From positions 65,398 to 129,397 of the forward strand of contig DATIXG010000082.1 of the NCBI GenBank assembly GCA_035518815.1: a stretch of DNA of 64,000 bases, read 5' to 3'. The notes beneath the pieces are model-generated. The model worked only from the letters and a program-made list of their open reading frames with translations, had not been told where the DNA came from and did no database searches. Both the position numbers and the translations under genes were made by a program. Below, in pieces: positions 45,440 to 55,953 of the stretch (positions within the stretch are counted from its first letter, which is position 1; every line of letters starts with the position of its first letter). The DNA is from Gemmatimonadales bacterium. Lineage in GTDB: Bacteria > Gemmatimonadota > Gemmatimonadetes > Gemmatimonadales > GWC2-71-9.

Positions 45440-46279
45440 ATGCCGATTCTGCGGGTCGCTCTCGGTCTAGCGCTCGCTTATGTCGCACTGGTCGTGCTGG
45501 GATGGCTGTTCCAGAACCGTCTCGCCTTCCCGGCTCCCCGCAGCCCGGTCCCCAATCCCCAACAGCTCGGGATGGCAAACGGTGAACGCCTCGAGCTCGG
45601 GCTCGGTGACGGCACGACCCTCGTGGGATGGTATCTGCGGCCGCTCGCTGCCGGCGTGGGACCGGCGCGGGCCCTGCTGTGGTTCTACGGCAACGGTGAG
45701 AACCTCGGGCGGATCTGGCCGGTCCTGCAGGAATTCCAACCTCCTGGCACCGCCCTCCTCGCGGTGGACTACCCGGGCTATGGGGAGAGCGGCGGCTCGG
45801 CCACGGAAGGCGCGCTGTACATCGCCGGAGATGCCGCGTACCGCGCGCTCGCGGACCGACTGGGCATGGAGGGCCGCATTTTCATCTATGGCCGCTCGCT
45901 CGGCACTGCGGTCGCGATCCGCACTGCAGCGGCGCACCCGGCCGCAGGCCTCATCCTCGAATCACCGTTTACGAACGCCCGCGAGATGGCGCGACTTCAC
46001 TACCCGGCGATGCCCAGCTGGCTTGTGCGCCTGCGTCTCGACAACGTCGCGACCATCCGGCACGTCCGCTGCCCCGTCTTGATCTTTCACGGCGACGCCG
46101 ACCGCCTCGTGCCGATCGCCATGGGGCGTCGCGTGGCCGAAGCGGCGCCGGGCCCGGTCGAGCTGGTGACGATCCACCAGTCGGGACACAACGACACCTA
46201 CGACGTAGGCGGTCGCGAGTACCGGGACAGGATATGGGCGTTCGTGACCCGTCCCTCGTCCCCCGTGCCTCGTCCCTAG
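45440..46279 (+). CDS. Alpha/beta hydrolase
   Basis: N-terminal anchor, nucleophile elbow GRSLGTAVA (GxSxG), later D and H (SGHND). Confidence 0.75.
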   Translation: MPILRVALGLALAYVALVVLGWLFQNRLAFPAPRSPVPNPQQLGMANGERLELGLGDGTTLVGWYLRPLAAGVGPARALLWFYGNGENLGRIWPVLQEFQPPGTALLAVDYPGYGESGGSATEGALYIAGDAAYRALADRLGMEGRIFIYGRSLGTAVAIRTAAAHPAAGLILESPFTNAREMARLHYPAMPSWLVRLRLDNVATIRHVRCPVLIFHGDADRLVPIAMGRRVAEAAPGPVELVTIHQSGHNDTYDVGGREYRDRIWAFVTRPSSPVPRP

Positions 46280-46280
46280 G

Positions 46281-47123
46281 TCAGATGACAGTGACAGGCG
46301 GGATGCGATCGCGCGTCGCATCGAAGCGACATTGCGCATCGTCCAACGCGCGGCACACCTCGGGCGCCAACTCGTCGGGGAACTTCACGCTCGGGGCCAC
46401 CCGTCCCGTCATCACGCGGACGGCGACCAGCGCGCGCGTCACCTCGCAGTGGTCCACATCGGGATCCGTGTGGCCGGCGACGAGGAGACCCTCGAATAAC
46501 GGCAGGCTGCGGGGATCTCGGAGGACGTATAACGATTCGAGGATCTTGGGCCCAAGAAAGCGGCGCAGCAGTTCATCGCCGCGGATCCTATCGAACAACC
46601 GCATCAGGACATCGACGCCTCGTGGGTAATAGCGGGCGGCGTCCACGGCCGCGCCTACGAATGCGTGATGCGCGCCGGGAGTCGTGAGGTAGCACTCGAA
46701 CAACGGCCACGCCGCGGCGGGGTGGCGGTCGGCGAGTCCAAGAAAGGCGAAGTAGCGGCGCGCGCGGGGTGCCGAGATGTCGGCGACGACCGTACGCAGC
46801 CCGGCCACGCCCCATCGTGCACCCACGAGCGCCGCCGCCGCCGCGTGCTGCCACCGTTCGATCTCAGGGACGCGAAACGTCACGAGATGCGGCTCGAAGA
46901 AGCCGCGACTTCGGTCGAGGAGAGCGAGGAGCCGCCGGTCCACTCTTGCGAGGAACGGGGCGAGTGCGACGCGGTCCGTTCGCCGGGCGAGATCGAGCGC
47001 GTCCCAGCTCAGCCGATCCAGGTCATCGTCGGTCCAGGCGGCCTCGAATGCCGCGGGATCGGGCGCCGACAGCAACCCCTCGAGCGCGCCCGCAAACCGA
47101 CAAACTTGCGACACCGCATCCAT
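46281..47123 (-). CDS. Hypothetical helical protein (280 aa)
   Basis: Single long ORF with no recognisable motif. Convergent with the hydrolase gene. Confidence 0.45.
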   Translation of the reverse strand: MDAVSQVCRFAGALEGLLSAPDPAAFEAAWTDDDLDRLSWDALDLARRTDRVALAPFLARVDRRLLALLDRSRGFFEPHLVTFRVPEIERWQHAAAAALVGARWGVAGLRTVVADISAPRARRYFAFLGLADRHPAAAWPLFECYLTTPGAHHAFVGAAVDAARYYPRGVDVLMRLFDRIRGDELLRRFLGPKILESLYVLRDPRSLPLFEGLLVAGHTDPDVDHCEVTRALVAVRVMTGRVAPSVKFPDELAPEVCRALDDAQCRFDATRDRIPPVTVI

Positions 47124-47317
47124 GACCAGAGGAAACTATGCGGCGCGGAGCACACGGCGAGGGGGGGGCCCGGCTGGCTGGGCCGCCGCGGTTGTCCACA
47201 CCGATCTGGAAAACCGCGTGGAAATCGTCGCCCAACCTATTGTCTGGACCGTGCTTAAGTGATGCGCAATATTGCAATTCCGACTACCCGGCCTTAACCT
47301 TGCCCGCGTCCATCATC

Positions 47318-48436
47318 GTGCGATCCACCCGCCCCCTCGCCCTCGTCGGCGCCGCCCTGTTCCTCGCGGCCTGCTCCCGCCAACGGGGGCCGATCCAGAT
47401 CGGCCTGGCCGGACCCCTGTCGGACCCCAGGGGGGTCGCCATGCAACATGGCGCCCAGCTCGCTGTGGACGAGATCAACGCCAAGGGTGGCGTGCGCGGG
47501 AGACTCTTGCAGTTGCGGCCCCTCGACGACAGCGCAAGCGATGACCGCGCCACCCGCGTGGCGCAGCTGCTGTATGACGATCCCGCCGTCATCGCCGTAA
47601 TCGGACATCTCACATCCGGCACCTCGATCGCCGCCGGAGAGGTATACGGCAACGGCGCCCACCCGCTCACCATGATCACGCCGGGCACCTCGAGTCCCGA
47701 CCTGACGAGCCTCAACCCATACGCCTTTACCGTCTTCCCCTCCGACTCGGTCCACGGCGCCGCGATGGCGCGGTTCGCGTGGCAAACCCTGGTCGCCCGA
47801 CGAGCCGGTGTCCTGTTCGCGGCGAGCGACTATGGGCGCGGATTACGCAAGGCCTTCGTGGCGGATTTCACGAAGACGGGCGGAGTGATCGTAGAAGCCG
47901 ACCCCTACCTGCCGACGACCGCGTCGCTCGAGCCTTACCTCTCACGGATGCGCGGCGCCGGAATCGATGTTCTCGTGCTGGCCGCAGACGAGGCGGCTGG
48001 CGAGGCCGCGCTCCGGCAGCTCGATGCCCGTGGCGCGCGCTGGCCCGTCCTTGGAGGCGAGGAGCTTGCCGGGATCGAAGGGCTTGGGGCACCCGCCGTC
48101 GGCGTGCGAATCGCCACGGCCTATCTGTCGGACCGGCCCGGGGAACGAAACGCGGCGTTCGTCACCGACTTCGGACGGGCCTACGCTGGAGCGCGACCCG
48201 ACTACCGGAGCGCCGGCGCGTATGACGTGGTGTACCTCCTGGCGCAGGCGATCGCGACAGTGGGGCCGCGGCGCACGGCGATCCGCGACTATCTCGCGCG
48301 CGTGGGCGGCGACATCCCGCCGTTCGAGGGAGTGACGGGCCGCATTGGCTTCGACGAAACCCGCAACGTGACGTCCCGCGGTGTGGTGATCGGCCTGGTG
48401 CGAGACGGACACCTCGTGGCGGAGGCGACCCAGTGA
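47318..48436 (+). CDS. Periplasmic binding lipoprotein, LivJ/type-1 PBP (branched-chain amino acid type)
   Basis: GTG 47318, lipobox [41 protein letters not shown] is the typical LivJ-family N-terminus. Confidence 0.75.
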   Translation: MRSTRPLALVGAALFLAACSRQRGPIQIGLAGPLSDPRGVAMQHGAQLAVDEINAKGGVRGRLLQLRPLDDSASDDRATRVAQLLYDDPAVIAVIGHLTSGTSIAAGEVYGNGAHPLTMITPGTSSPDLTSLNPYAFTVFPSDSVHGAAMARFAWQTLVARRAGVLFAASDYGRGLRKAFVADFTKTGGVIVEADPYLPTTASLEPYLSRMRGAGIDVLVLAADEAAGEAALRQLDARGARWPVLGGEELAGIEGLGAPAVGVRIATAYLSDRPGERNAAFVTDFGRAYAGARPDYRSAGAYDVVYLLAQAIATVGPRRTAIRDYLARVGGDIPPFEGVTGRIGFDETRNVTSRGVVIGLVRDGHLVAEATQ

Positions 48437-50124
48437 AGTTGGACACGATCCGTGCCCGCATATTGGGTGGCCTGGCGTTGCTTGGCCTCGCCAACGTTTG
48501 CGGGGCGGGGTTCAGCATCTACACACTCCGGACCATCCGCCGCTCCGAAGTCACCCAGCTCGAGACCGCACAGCGCACCGGTGAGCTCTCAAACGGGGTC
48601 GTGACGAGCGTCTTCCAGCAGATCAACTCGGGGCAGCAGTACCTGATCACGCCCACGCCAGCGCTGCGGGCCCAATTTCAGGATGCGGCGGACCAGAGCT
48701 TCGATTTCGCCCGCGAGCTCGGCCGAGTGCCCGATCTCACCCTCGAGCAGCGCCTCGCGATCAGCCGCATCAAGGAGCTGCAGACCTCGATCGAAACGGA
48801 CTACGCAATCGCGCACGCTCAACGCGATTTGGGTCGCGATGACGCCGCGCGCGCGGCAGCCCTCGGCGTGATCCAACCTGCCGCTGAGCTGACGCGTCTG
48901 GTACGCACGTTCGCGGCCACGCTCGCGCAGAACGCGCGTCAGGCCCAACAGCGCGTGGCGGCCCTCGCGGCGCGCTGGCAGGTCTATCTGTATCTCGGCC
49001 TCTTCATGGTCATGATCACCACCGCCCTCATCGGCTACTGGACCCTCCAAGCGGTCGAGGGTCCACTCGGCCGCGTCGTGCTCGCCGCCGAGCGATTCGG
49101 CGAGGGTGACCTCCGCCCGGTGACCACCGGGTACATGCCTGGCGACATCCAGGTCCTCGCCGACGCGATGCGACTCATGGGAGAACGGCTCCGCACGATC
49201 GTCGGCAGCGTGATCGGCGAGGCGGACCGTATTGCCGGATCGGCGACCGACCTCTCCGCCATCAGTCAGGAGCTCGCGGCATCCTCGGGCGAAGTGACGA
49301 CGGCGATGGTGGACGTCTCGAAGGGAGCGGACGACCAGCGCGCGGAAGTCGACCAGATCGGGGCCGGCCTCGCGACCTTGCGGCGGGCAACGGCGGATAC
49401 GGCCGATGCAGCCGATCGCGTAGCGCGCTTGAGTGAGGAGATCCGCGGCGTCGCCGAGCGGCACCGGGGAACAATGGTCTCGGCCTCGAACGTGTTGCTC
49501 GACGTGCACGAGGTGGTGCGGACGACGTCGAAGCAGGTATCCGCACTCGCCCAGCAAACCGCGGCGATCGACGATTTCGTCGACCTCATTCGCCGTATCT
49601 CGTCACAAACCAACCTGCTGGCGCTGAATGCCGCGATCGAAGCGGCCCGCGCGGGCGAGCACGGAAGGGGGTTCGCGGTGGTGGCCGAGGAAGTGCGTCA
49701 GCTCGCGGATGAATCGGCGCGCGCCGCGGAGGATGTCACCCAGACCACCAACACCATTCGGGAGCAGGTCGAGGATGTCACCGCAACCATGGCTGCCGGC
49801 ACCGCCAAGGTTCGCGGAATCGAGGACGTCGCGGGCGGAGCCGCGCGCGGCCTCGCCGAAATCACCAACGCGGTCGCGCAGGTCGAGGAAGCCGCCACGC
49901 GCGTCGCGCAGGCGGCGCAGCAGTACCGCGAGATCACCGAGCGGCTGGAGCATCAGTCCCGCCAGGTGGCGGCTCAGGCGGTGGCGCACGCATCGAGCGC
50001 GCAACAGGTCACGGCCGCAGCCGAGGAGCAAGGCGCCTCGACCCAGGAGATGGCCGCCGCCGCCGCCCACCTGCTCCAGGCGGCCGAGAAGCTGCGGGGT
50101 ATGGTGAAGGGATTTCGGGTGTAG
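48433..50124 (+). CDS. Methyl-accepting chemotaxis protein (4-helix-bundle sensor, HAMP, MA domain)
   Basis: The GTG start overlaps the PBP stop (GTGA). Two TM segments and the signalling hairpin [36 protein letters not shown]. Confidence 0.9.
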   Translation: MKLDTIRARILGGLALLGLANVCGAGFSIYTLRTIRRSEVTQLETAQRTGELSNGVVTSVFQQINSGQQYLITPTPALRAQFQDAADQSFDFARELGRVPDLTLEQRLAISRIKELQTSIETDYAIAHAQRDLGRDDAARAAALGVIQPAAELTRLVRTFAATLAQNARQAQQRVAALAARWQVYLYLGLFMVMITTALIGYWTLQAVEGPLGRVVLAAERFGEGDLRPVTTGYMPGDIQVLADAMRLMGERLRTIVGSVIGEADRIAGSATDLSAISQELAASSGEVTTAMVDVSKGADDQRAEVDQIGAGLATLRRATADTADAADRVARLSEEIRGVAERHRGTMVSASNVLLDVHEVVRTTSKQVSALAQQTAAIDDFVDLIRRISSQTNLLALNAAIEAARAGEHGRGFAVVAEEVRQLADESARAAEDVTQTTNTIREQVEDVTATMAAGTAKVRGIEDVAGGAARGLAEITNAVAQVEEAATRVAQAAQQYREITERLEHQSRQVAAQAVAHASSAQQVTAAAEEQGASTQEMAAAAAHLLQAAEKLRGMVKGFRV

Positions 50125-50133
50125 CCGGTCGGG

Positions 50134-51492
50134 CTACGGAAGTATCGTCACGCCACCGGGTGCCGCGATCACCCTGTTTCCGCGGACAAAATCAGTTCCC
50201 GTCCCAGCCGCGGTCATGCCGAGCATCTGAACCGCGTAGGGTGTGACCCCGAACTCGACGGCCGTGAACCACAGCCGGATCAGTGTCGGCGCGCCGCCGG
50301 CACCGATGGGATTCACGTCCCCGAACTGCAGCGCTCCCCCACCCGTCGAATCCGGGCTCACCGCCGGTTGCGTCGTGAAGAACCCGGGGCCCGCACTGCT
50401 GCTGTCGAACCGGACCATCCCCGCGTTCCATACGAGTCGCGCCTGATAGCTCTGCAGAAGCTCGGTCGGCACGGACTTCAGGTCCACCACTACGTCGACC
50501 GCAAACGGCTTCCCGATGTGCGCCGTGGCAAAGGGCTGGCCTCCGGCGAGGGGAACCACTATGGCGTCGCCCGATGGCGCTGGGTTGCTCACTGCCACGA
50601 CGGCGGAGTCGAGCGTCGCTCCAAAGGATGCCACGATTACGGCTGTTCCTCTCCCCTTGGCCGTGACGAGGCCGGTGGGGTCTACCGTGGCTACGCTGGG
50701 GTCGCCGCTCACCCAGCTCGCGCCCGGTACGCTCGCGGTGAACTGGATAGCGTTCGCCGGCGCCTGGGTCGTCAACGTCACGAAGCTGGGCGTGACGACC
50801 AAGCCCTGCGCCGTCACGTTCACGCGCAAGGTATCCACCGCGCCGCTCGTCGCGGCAATTACCTGCGCCAGGCCCCCGGTCGTGGCGGTCAGGACCGTGA
50901 TGAACCCGTCTGGCTTCACCGCGATGAGCTGCGGCGTGAGGTTCGTGAGGACAACAGGAACACCCGCGATAGCCTTGCGCGCCGAGTCCACGAGAATCCG
51001 CATCGCGAAGGCGCTGCCCGGATCGACGCTCGTGTCCTGGGGCTCGGCGGTGAGGGTGCATCCCGAGGACGGACCACAGGGTCCGACGTAGCTCACCGGC
51101 ACGTCCGCTACAGCAGTCGAGACGCCGGCGTTGACCGTCACGGTGTCCGCGCCCGTGTAGAGCACGGCCCCATCACTCGAGCGAATACCTTCCAGCAACA
51201 CCTCGAAGCGCTCCGTCGTCTCCGATAATGCCACTTTGACCGCTAGGTCGGCATTTCCCGCGGTGTCCACCGCCACCGTGTCGTCAAATACGACGGTCCC
51301 GGGGGGCGACGGCAGCCGCGTGACGCGGACGTGAAGCTCGTCCAGGTCACCGGTAAAGACGTCGAGCGTCTGCGAGGAAAACACCGGCGCGATCACGAGG
51401 CTCAAACGCCTGCCAGGGCCCATGGCGTCGGCGCACGCAAGCGCCGCAGTGACGGACAGCACGATGCCGAAGCGCCGCACTATCGGGTCCAT
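50134..51492 (-). CDS. Surface/secreted protein with Ig-like (Big_2-type) repeats and a cohesin-like C-terminal domain
   Basis: Signal/lipobox LSVTAALAC and a Big_2-like segment GDPSVATVDPTGLVTAKGRGTAVIVAS. 452 aa. Confidence 0.6.
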   Translation of the reverse strand: MDPIVRRFGIVLSVTAALACADAMGPGRRLSLVIAPVFSSQTLDVFTGDLDELHVRVTRLPSPPGTVVFDDTVAVDTAGNADLAVKVALSETTERFEVLLEGIRSSDGAVLYTGADTVTVNAGVSTAVADVPVSYVGPCGPSSGCTLTAEPQDTSVDPGSAFAMRILVDSARKAIAGVPVVLTNLTPQLIAVKPDGFITVLTATTGGLAQVIAATSGAVDTLRVNVTAQGLVVTPSFVTLTTQAPANAIQFTASVPGASWVSGDPSVATVDPTGLVTAKGRGTAVIVASFGATLDSAVVAVSNPAPSGDAIVVPLAGGQPFATAHIGKPFAVDVVVDLKSVPTELLQSYQARLVWNAGMVRFDSSSAGPGFFTTQPAVSPDSTGGGALQFGDVNPIGAGGAPTLIRLWFTAVEFGVTPYAVQMLGMTAAGTGTDFVRGNRVIAAPGGVTILP

Positions 51493-52592
51493 TCCAGCAT
51501 GGCGCTGAGCCGCGGGCCGACCAGGGAGATCGTGGAGCCTTGGTCCTTCAGATAGCCGAAGGGCACCTGTGCCTGAAACACGAGCGCGGCGGGTCCGCTC
51601 ACGCGATACCGCAGGTCGAGCCCTGGTCGGACAATCAACCCGAGAGGGGTGAGCGATGAGTCTTGCTCGGTCAGTTCGTGGCGCAGCTCGACCGACGGCG
51701 CCAGCGTGGCGCGGACGGAAAGCGGGTGCTCAACCCGCGCCCCCAACGCGAGCACGTTGCCGCGCGGGACCTCCACAACTGACGTCGCGGTTGTGTTGAA
51801 CTTGCGAGCGCGCATCCGGTACATGTCGAACCCGTAGAGGGACAGGCTGCTCCGTCCCATCGGCATGGACAGGTGCGAGTAGAACAGCACTCGGTCCCCG
51901 GAGACGCTCGGCGCACCCCCCGTCACCTCGTCGTGCTGACTCAGCGTGTACAGGAGCGCGACCCGCAGATAGTGCCCGCCACCGAGCGGCCCTTCGGCGC
52001 CAAGCCGGGCGCGGGCTTCGTTGCCTGGCTTCAGCTCGCCGCCGCCGGCCACTGGCTCGTAGCTCCCGCAATACCGCAGGCTCGCCCCACCGCCGACCGC
52101 CCACGAGCCCCACCGAGTCGCCGTTGCAACGCCACCCGTGACGCCGCCACCCGATCCGAAACTCGGCGTCGTGAAATCGAAGAGGTCGGTCGCGAGGATG
52201 GTGAAGAGCGGCAAGGTCGTGTCCGGCAGCGCCTTGGTCCCCGTCGGCAGCGTGCCGACGAAGGTCAGGAGCAGGCGTCCCGCTACCGCCGCGAACGTGG
52301 CTCGGACGTCAATGTCCGTCGGGCCGGATACGTTGCTCTCGGCGCCGTCCGAGGCGCGCACCGTGGCAGTCGCATACGCCCCCGCAACATCCAGACGGAG
52401 GCGGGATCCAAAGTCGTGCGACGCCGTCACGGGAATAGTCAGCTCGCTGACCCGATCGAACGCCAGCCCTGACCCGAACGAATAGGCTTCGAAAATCGGG
52501 CCAGTGCGCGCCGTGGTCCCAGGGGCGTCGGCTGGGACCTGCGCCGCGAGCGGCGCCGCCGCGAGCAGGGCAAGAACCACTGCCTGCTTCAC
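51480..52592 (-). CDS. Outer-membrane beta-barrel protein, unknown family
   Basis: Signal peptide MKQAVVLALLAAAPLAAQ and an alternating amphipathic strand pattern. Overlaps both neighbouring genes. Confidence 0.55.
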   Translation of the reverse strand: MKQAVVLALLAAAPLAAQVPADAPGTTARTGPIFEAYSFGSGLAFDRVSELTIPVTASHDFGSRLRLDVAGAYATATVRASDGAESNVSGPTDIDVRATFAAVAGRLLLTFVGTLPTGTKALPDTTLPLFTILATDLFDFTTPSFGSGGGVTGGVATATRWGSWAVGGGASLRYCGSYEPVAGGGELKPGNEARARLGAEGPLGGGHYLRVALLYTLSQHDEVTGGAPSVSGDRVLFYSHLSMPMGRSSLSLYGFDMYRMRARKFNTTATSVVEVPRGNVLALGARVEHPLSVRATLAPSVELRHELTEQDSSLTPLGLIVRPGLDLRYRVSGPAALVFQAQVPFGYLKDQGSTISLVGPRLSAMLEWTR

Positions 52593-53965
52593 CGCGGGCG
52601 CCTGAAGATGATGTGGATGATGCCGGACTCGGATACGACCGTCGGGCCCTGGCTCTCAGGCGTGACCTGGCGGGTGGTCAGATCGCCCCCGGTCCGACTC
52701 TCGCCGCCCACGGCGTTGAAGATGTCGCCCGTGCTGGGAGCCACGTCCCGCGATGTCGCGCCCAACACGCCGTGGAGGGGCGGCATGGCGGGGGTGGCGG
52801 CCGCCGCCGCCGCTGCGATTGTGAGCGCACTACCTCCCCCGGCGCTCGCCGAAGCCTGCTCGACCGCGGGGGCCACCTGCGCGGCCTCCTGGGCCTGTCT
52901 CGCGGACTGGAAGGTCGGGTCGGCGCGCAGCGCGGCGCCGAACGCACGCGTGGCTGCCGGGTAGTCCCCGCGATCCATCGCGTCGAGCCCGTCGCTGTAG
53001 GCCAGGAATGCCGCGAGGTTCTTCGGGCCCTCCCGCAGTATGCGCTCGCGCTCGGCCTGCGTCAGCTCGATGCCGAGTTGCCCGCTGAGGTCAATCACCA
53101 GCCGCTTCTCCAGATCGAGCAGATTCGCGAACGGCCCCGTCACCGGACTCACCGGACGCACCGCCCCGGTCACTATCACCACCGACGCGGACAGCTGCAC
53201 CACTCCGTGTGGCGGGATCGACGCCACGCCCTGCACCATTCTCTCTGCGCGCAGCAGGCGCCCCACGCGCGCCGCCGTCGCGGGATCGACCGACGAGCCC
53301 TCCGCCAGCTTCAGTTCGTCGACCAACGCACCGACTTGCACCCGCTCGAGCAGCCGGAGACTGCGAATGGCGGCGAGATCGGTGGTGATCAGCTCTGCGA
53401 GCCCGCGTGACAAGGGCTGCACGCTCGAGTCACCCGACACGACGAGCGGCAACACGGCCAACGTGCTCGGCTCTGGTGCCTGCTGGGCCAGCTCGGCTTC
53501 GTGAGCGAGCGCCGTTTGCGCGGTGTGCTCTGCGCCGGTGCGCAACGCGAGCTGCGCCTTGGCGAGCACCGCGGCGACCCCGCGCGCGTCGGGATGGGCT
53601 CCTGCGAACTCGTTGTAGGTCGTGACAGCCGCGTCGAAGCGCCCCGCTCGCTCCTGACAGGCCCCGATGACGAGTGGGCCGAGCGCGTCGTCGGGAGCCA
53701 GCGCGTTCGCCGCTTGGGCAACGACAATCGCTGTGTCGCAGCGATCGCCCGCAGCAAGGGCAGCGGCAAGGCGGAAGCGCGCCCCTAGGTCTTCAGGGTG
53801 CTCCCGCGTCGTGACGAGCAGGCTCGGAATCTCGGCCGGCGTGACGTCGGCTGGCCGCGGAGCGCGCGCACACGCGCCGCCCGCCACCAACAGCAGGCAA
53901 ATGAAGTGACGCAAGCTATCGATCCACTTGAAGTTGAGAGGCCGCCGCGCGACCACTCCCTCCAA
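52589..53965 (-). CDS. Lipoprotein with TPR-like helices flanking a CsgG/LpoB-like alpha-beta domain
   Basis: Lipobox LLVAGGAC. The central segment LAVLPLVVSGDSS..LSRGLAELITTDLAAIRSLRLLERVQVGALVDELKL is typical of CsgG/TolB-N-like lipoprotein modules. Confidence 0.5.
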   Translation of the reverse strand: MEGVVARRPLNFKWIDSLRHFICLLLVAGGACARAPRPADVTPAEIPSLLVTTREHPEDLGARFRLAAALAAGDRCDTAIVVAQAANALAPDDALGPLVIGACQERAGRFDAAVTTYNEFAGAHPDARGVAAVLAKAQLALRTGAEHTAQTALAHEAELAQQAPEPSTLAVLPLVVSGDSSVQPLSRGLAELITTDLAAIRSLRLLERVQVGALVDELKLAEGSSVDPATAARVGRLLRAERMVQGVASIPPHGVVQLSASVVIVTGAVRPVSPVTGPFANLLDLEKRLVIDLSGQLGIELTQAERERILREGPKNLAAFLAYSDGLDAMDRGDYPAATRAFGAALRADPTFQSARQAQEAAQVAPAVEQASASAGGGSALTIAAAAAAATPAMPPLHGVLGATSRDVAPSTGDIFNAVGGESRTGGDLTTRQVTPESQGPTVVSESGIIHIIFRRPR

Positions 53966-54062
53966 GCTACGCCCCGCTCATAGGACCCAGGTCACAGCGG
54001 GGCGTGCCTTGAGCTCGATTGCGGAACCTGCTGATTATACAGGGCTTAGGATGCTCTACCGG

Positions 54063-54386
54063 TCAGCGGTGGGTCTTCTTTTTCGCAGCCTTCTTGGGTT
54101 TCGACTTAGGCTTGGGGGCCCGGCCCACTTTACGCCGGCCCTTGAGCCCGGATTGCACGTCGGCCAGCACCCGGTCGCCCTCATCAGGCCCGATCAGGCC
54201 GCGGCGTACCGCGTACCGCACCAACTCCTCGGCATCCTCATAGGCGAACTCACCCTCGCCTGCAGCCGCTCGGATGGCTTTGACCAGGGCGTCCGCTACC
54301 GGGCTGCGCAGTACGCTCGCAATGCCCGGCAACGCCTCGAGCAGCGAAGAGATCTGCGACCCGCCGAGTTCGGCTGGCATCGACAA
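54063..54386 (-). CDS. Small protein with Lys/Pro-rich histone-H1-like C-terminal tail
   Basis: 107 aa ending GRRKVGRAPKPKSKPKKAAKKKTHR. Confidence 0.5.
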   Translation of the reverse strand: MSMPAELGGSQISSLLEALPGIASVLRSPVADALVKAIRAAAGEGEFAYEDAEELVRYAVRRGLIGPDEGDRVLADVQSGLKGRRKVGRAPKPKSKPKKAAKKKTHR

Positions 54387-54588
54387 GCTGCTCCGGCGTT
54401 TAGGGTCGCGCCAACCTACACCCCGCCCTAGACAGCGTCAAGAATTTGACCGGGTCAGGGGTAGCACCCAGCCAACCTCCTATCCCATAGAGAGATAGGC
54501 GTCCTGCCGGGAAGGTACACGGGAGCACCCAAGGCTTTGCTGCCCTGCCAGGTGTGGCTAGATTGGTGGTCGGAGGTGCACGGAAGAC

Positions 54589-54870
54589 GTGGGGCGACGG
54601 GGCATTAAAGAGTATCGGGCGCCTGAGGCGCTGGCGTTGATCGCGGCGGACCGAGAGCACTCCCCCTTGGTCTGTCCTTCCTGTGGGACGCGCTCCATCC
54701 AGCGTGTGCCGCGGCGGCGCGGCGAGAGAGCCGGCGTGATTCTCCAGTCGGAGCGCATCACGCTCACGTGCCAGACCTGCGGTCGCCACGCGGCATACAT
54801 CGAGCGCGGGCCAGAGCCTCCGCGTGACAGCACGATGGATCCGCACCCCGAGGTGTCCCGGGTCCGTTAG
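54589..54870 (+). CDS. Small zinc-ribbon protein (two CxxC pairs)
   Basis: GGAGG lies 12 nt upstream of GTG 54589. CPSCG...27 aa...CQTCG. Third-position G+C is about 80 percent (hand count). Confidence 0.4.
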   Translation: MGRRGIKEYRAPEALALIAADREHSPLVCPSCGTRSIQRVPRRRGERAGVILQSERITLTCQTCGRHAAYIERGPEPPRDSTMDPHPEVSRVR

Positions 54871-54922
54871 CCGACCGCCCCAGCATTTCATTTGTCACTC
54901 AGGGAAGGAGCACGCGCGGCAC

Positions 54923-55138
54923 GTGGCAGGCGACGCCATACAAATGATGGGGACGATCAGCGAGGTCCTCCCCAACACCACCTTCCGCGTCAAGCTCGAG
55001 AACGGTCACGAAGTACTCGCCTACGTGAGTGGCAAGATGCGCAAGAACTACATCCGCATACTGCAAGGCGATCGGGTTGCGGTCGATCTGTCGCCCTACG
55101 ATCTCACGCGCGGCCGCATCACCTACCGCTACAAGTAA
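54923..55138 (+). CDS. infA: Translation initiation factor IF-1
   Basis: GTG 54923 with GAAGGAG 12 nt upstream. [58 protein letters not shown]. Confidence 0.9.
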   Translation: MAGDAIQMMGTISEVLPNTTFRVKLENGHEVLAYVSGKMRKNYIRILQGDRVAVDLSPYDLTRGRITYRYK

Positions 55139-55260
55139 CGCCCTGTTACGTGCACGAGCGACTGCACGGACGATCGGATGCACTCCGGAACTCTGGTCCT
55201 GCTTGCTGGTACTTGAAGCTCAGGATATTCTACCCGTGTTGCAGCATTCCCACGCGAACG

Positions 55261-55953
55261 GTGGTCTGGAAGGGAGGCACCATTTCAACACCACGGACGC
55301 GCGCGAGTGCCGCGGCGGTGGGTTGCGTCATTGCCGTCGGCCTGTTGGCGCCGGACTCAGGCGCCGCCCAGGCCGTGGACATTGGACTAGCCGCAGGCGT
55401 GTACTTCCCGATCGGCGCTCTCGTCCAGACAGGGTCGGAATCCCACCCGGCGACCTTCTTCCAGCAACGGCTCCAGATCACCCCCATGCTCTCGGGCAAT
55501 GCCGTGGTTTGGACCTCGGATCGGTTTGGCATCCAGGGCGCCGTGACGTATTGCCCGAGCACACTAGCGGTGCAGGACAGCTCCGGCATCAGCGACCATC
55601 ATAGCTCGGTCGTACTCGCCAGCATTCGCGCTCTCTATGCCTTCTCGCCGATGCCCTTCAAGCCCCCTCCGGGCAAGCGGGAGGCCCCCTGGTCCTTCTA
55701 TGTGGGGCTCGGGGCCGGCGTTGTGAGTCGCAGCGGGAACGTCTGGACCTACACGAGCGGCCTGGTTGCACCGGCGGCGGTGTTCGATGTCGGCGTCCGG
55801 ACCCCCCTTGGGGGTCGCAGCGTGTTGCGGATCAACATCGAGAACTACCTGTCGGTCGCCCAGTTCGACAAAGGACTGCCCACCGAGACCGAGGCGCGGC
55901 TGCATGGAGACTTGGCCTTCAACGCGACATTCGCCTACCGCCTCAAGCGATGA
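55261..55953 (+). CDS. Small outer-membrane beta-barrel protein (OmpW/OmpA-beta-like)
   Basis: Signal-like AAAVGCVIAVGLLAPDSGAAQA, alternating strands and a C-terminal FAYRLKR. The start is uncertain (GTG 55261 or 55318). Confidence 0.55.
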   Translation: MVWKGGTISTPRTRASAAAVGCVIAVGLLAPDSGAAQAVDIGLAAGVYFPIGALVQTGSESHPATFFQQRLQITPMLSGNAVVWTSDRFGIQGAVTYCPSTLAVQDSSGISDHHSSVVLASIRALYAFSPMPFKPPPGKREAPWSFYVGLGAGVVSRSGNVWTYTSGLVAPAAVFDVGVRTPLGGRSVLRINIENYLSVAQFDKGLPTETEARLHGDLAFNATFAYRLKR

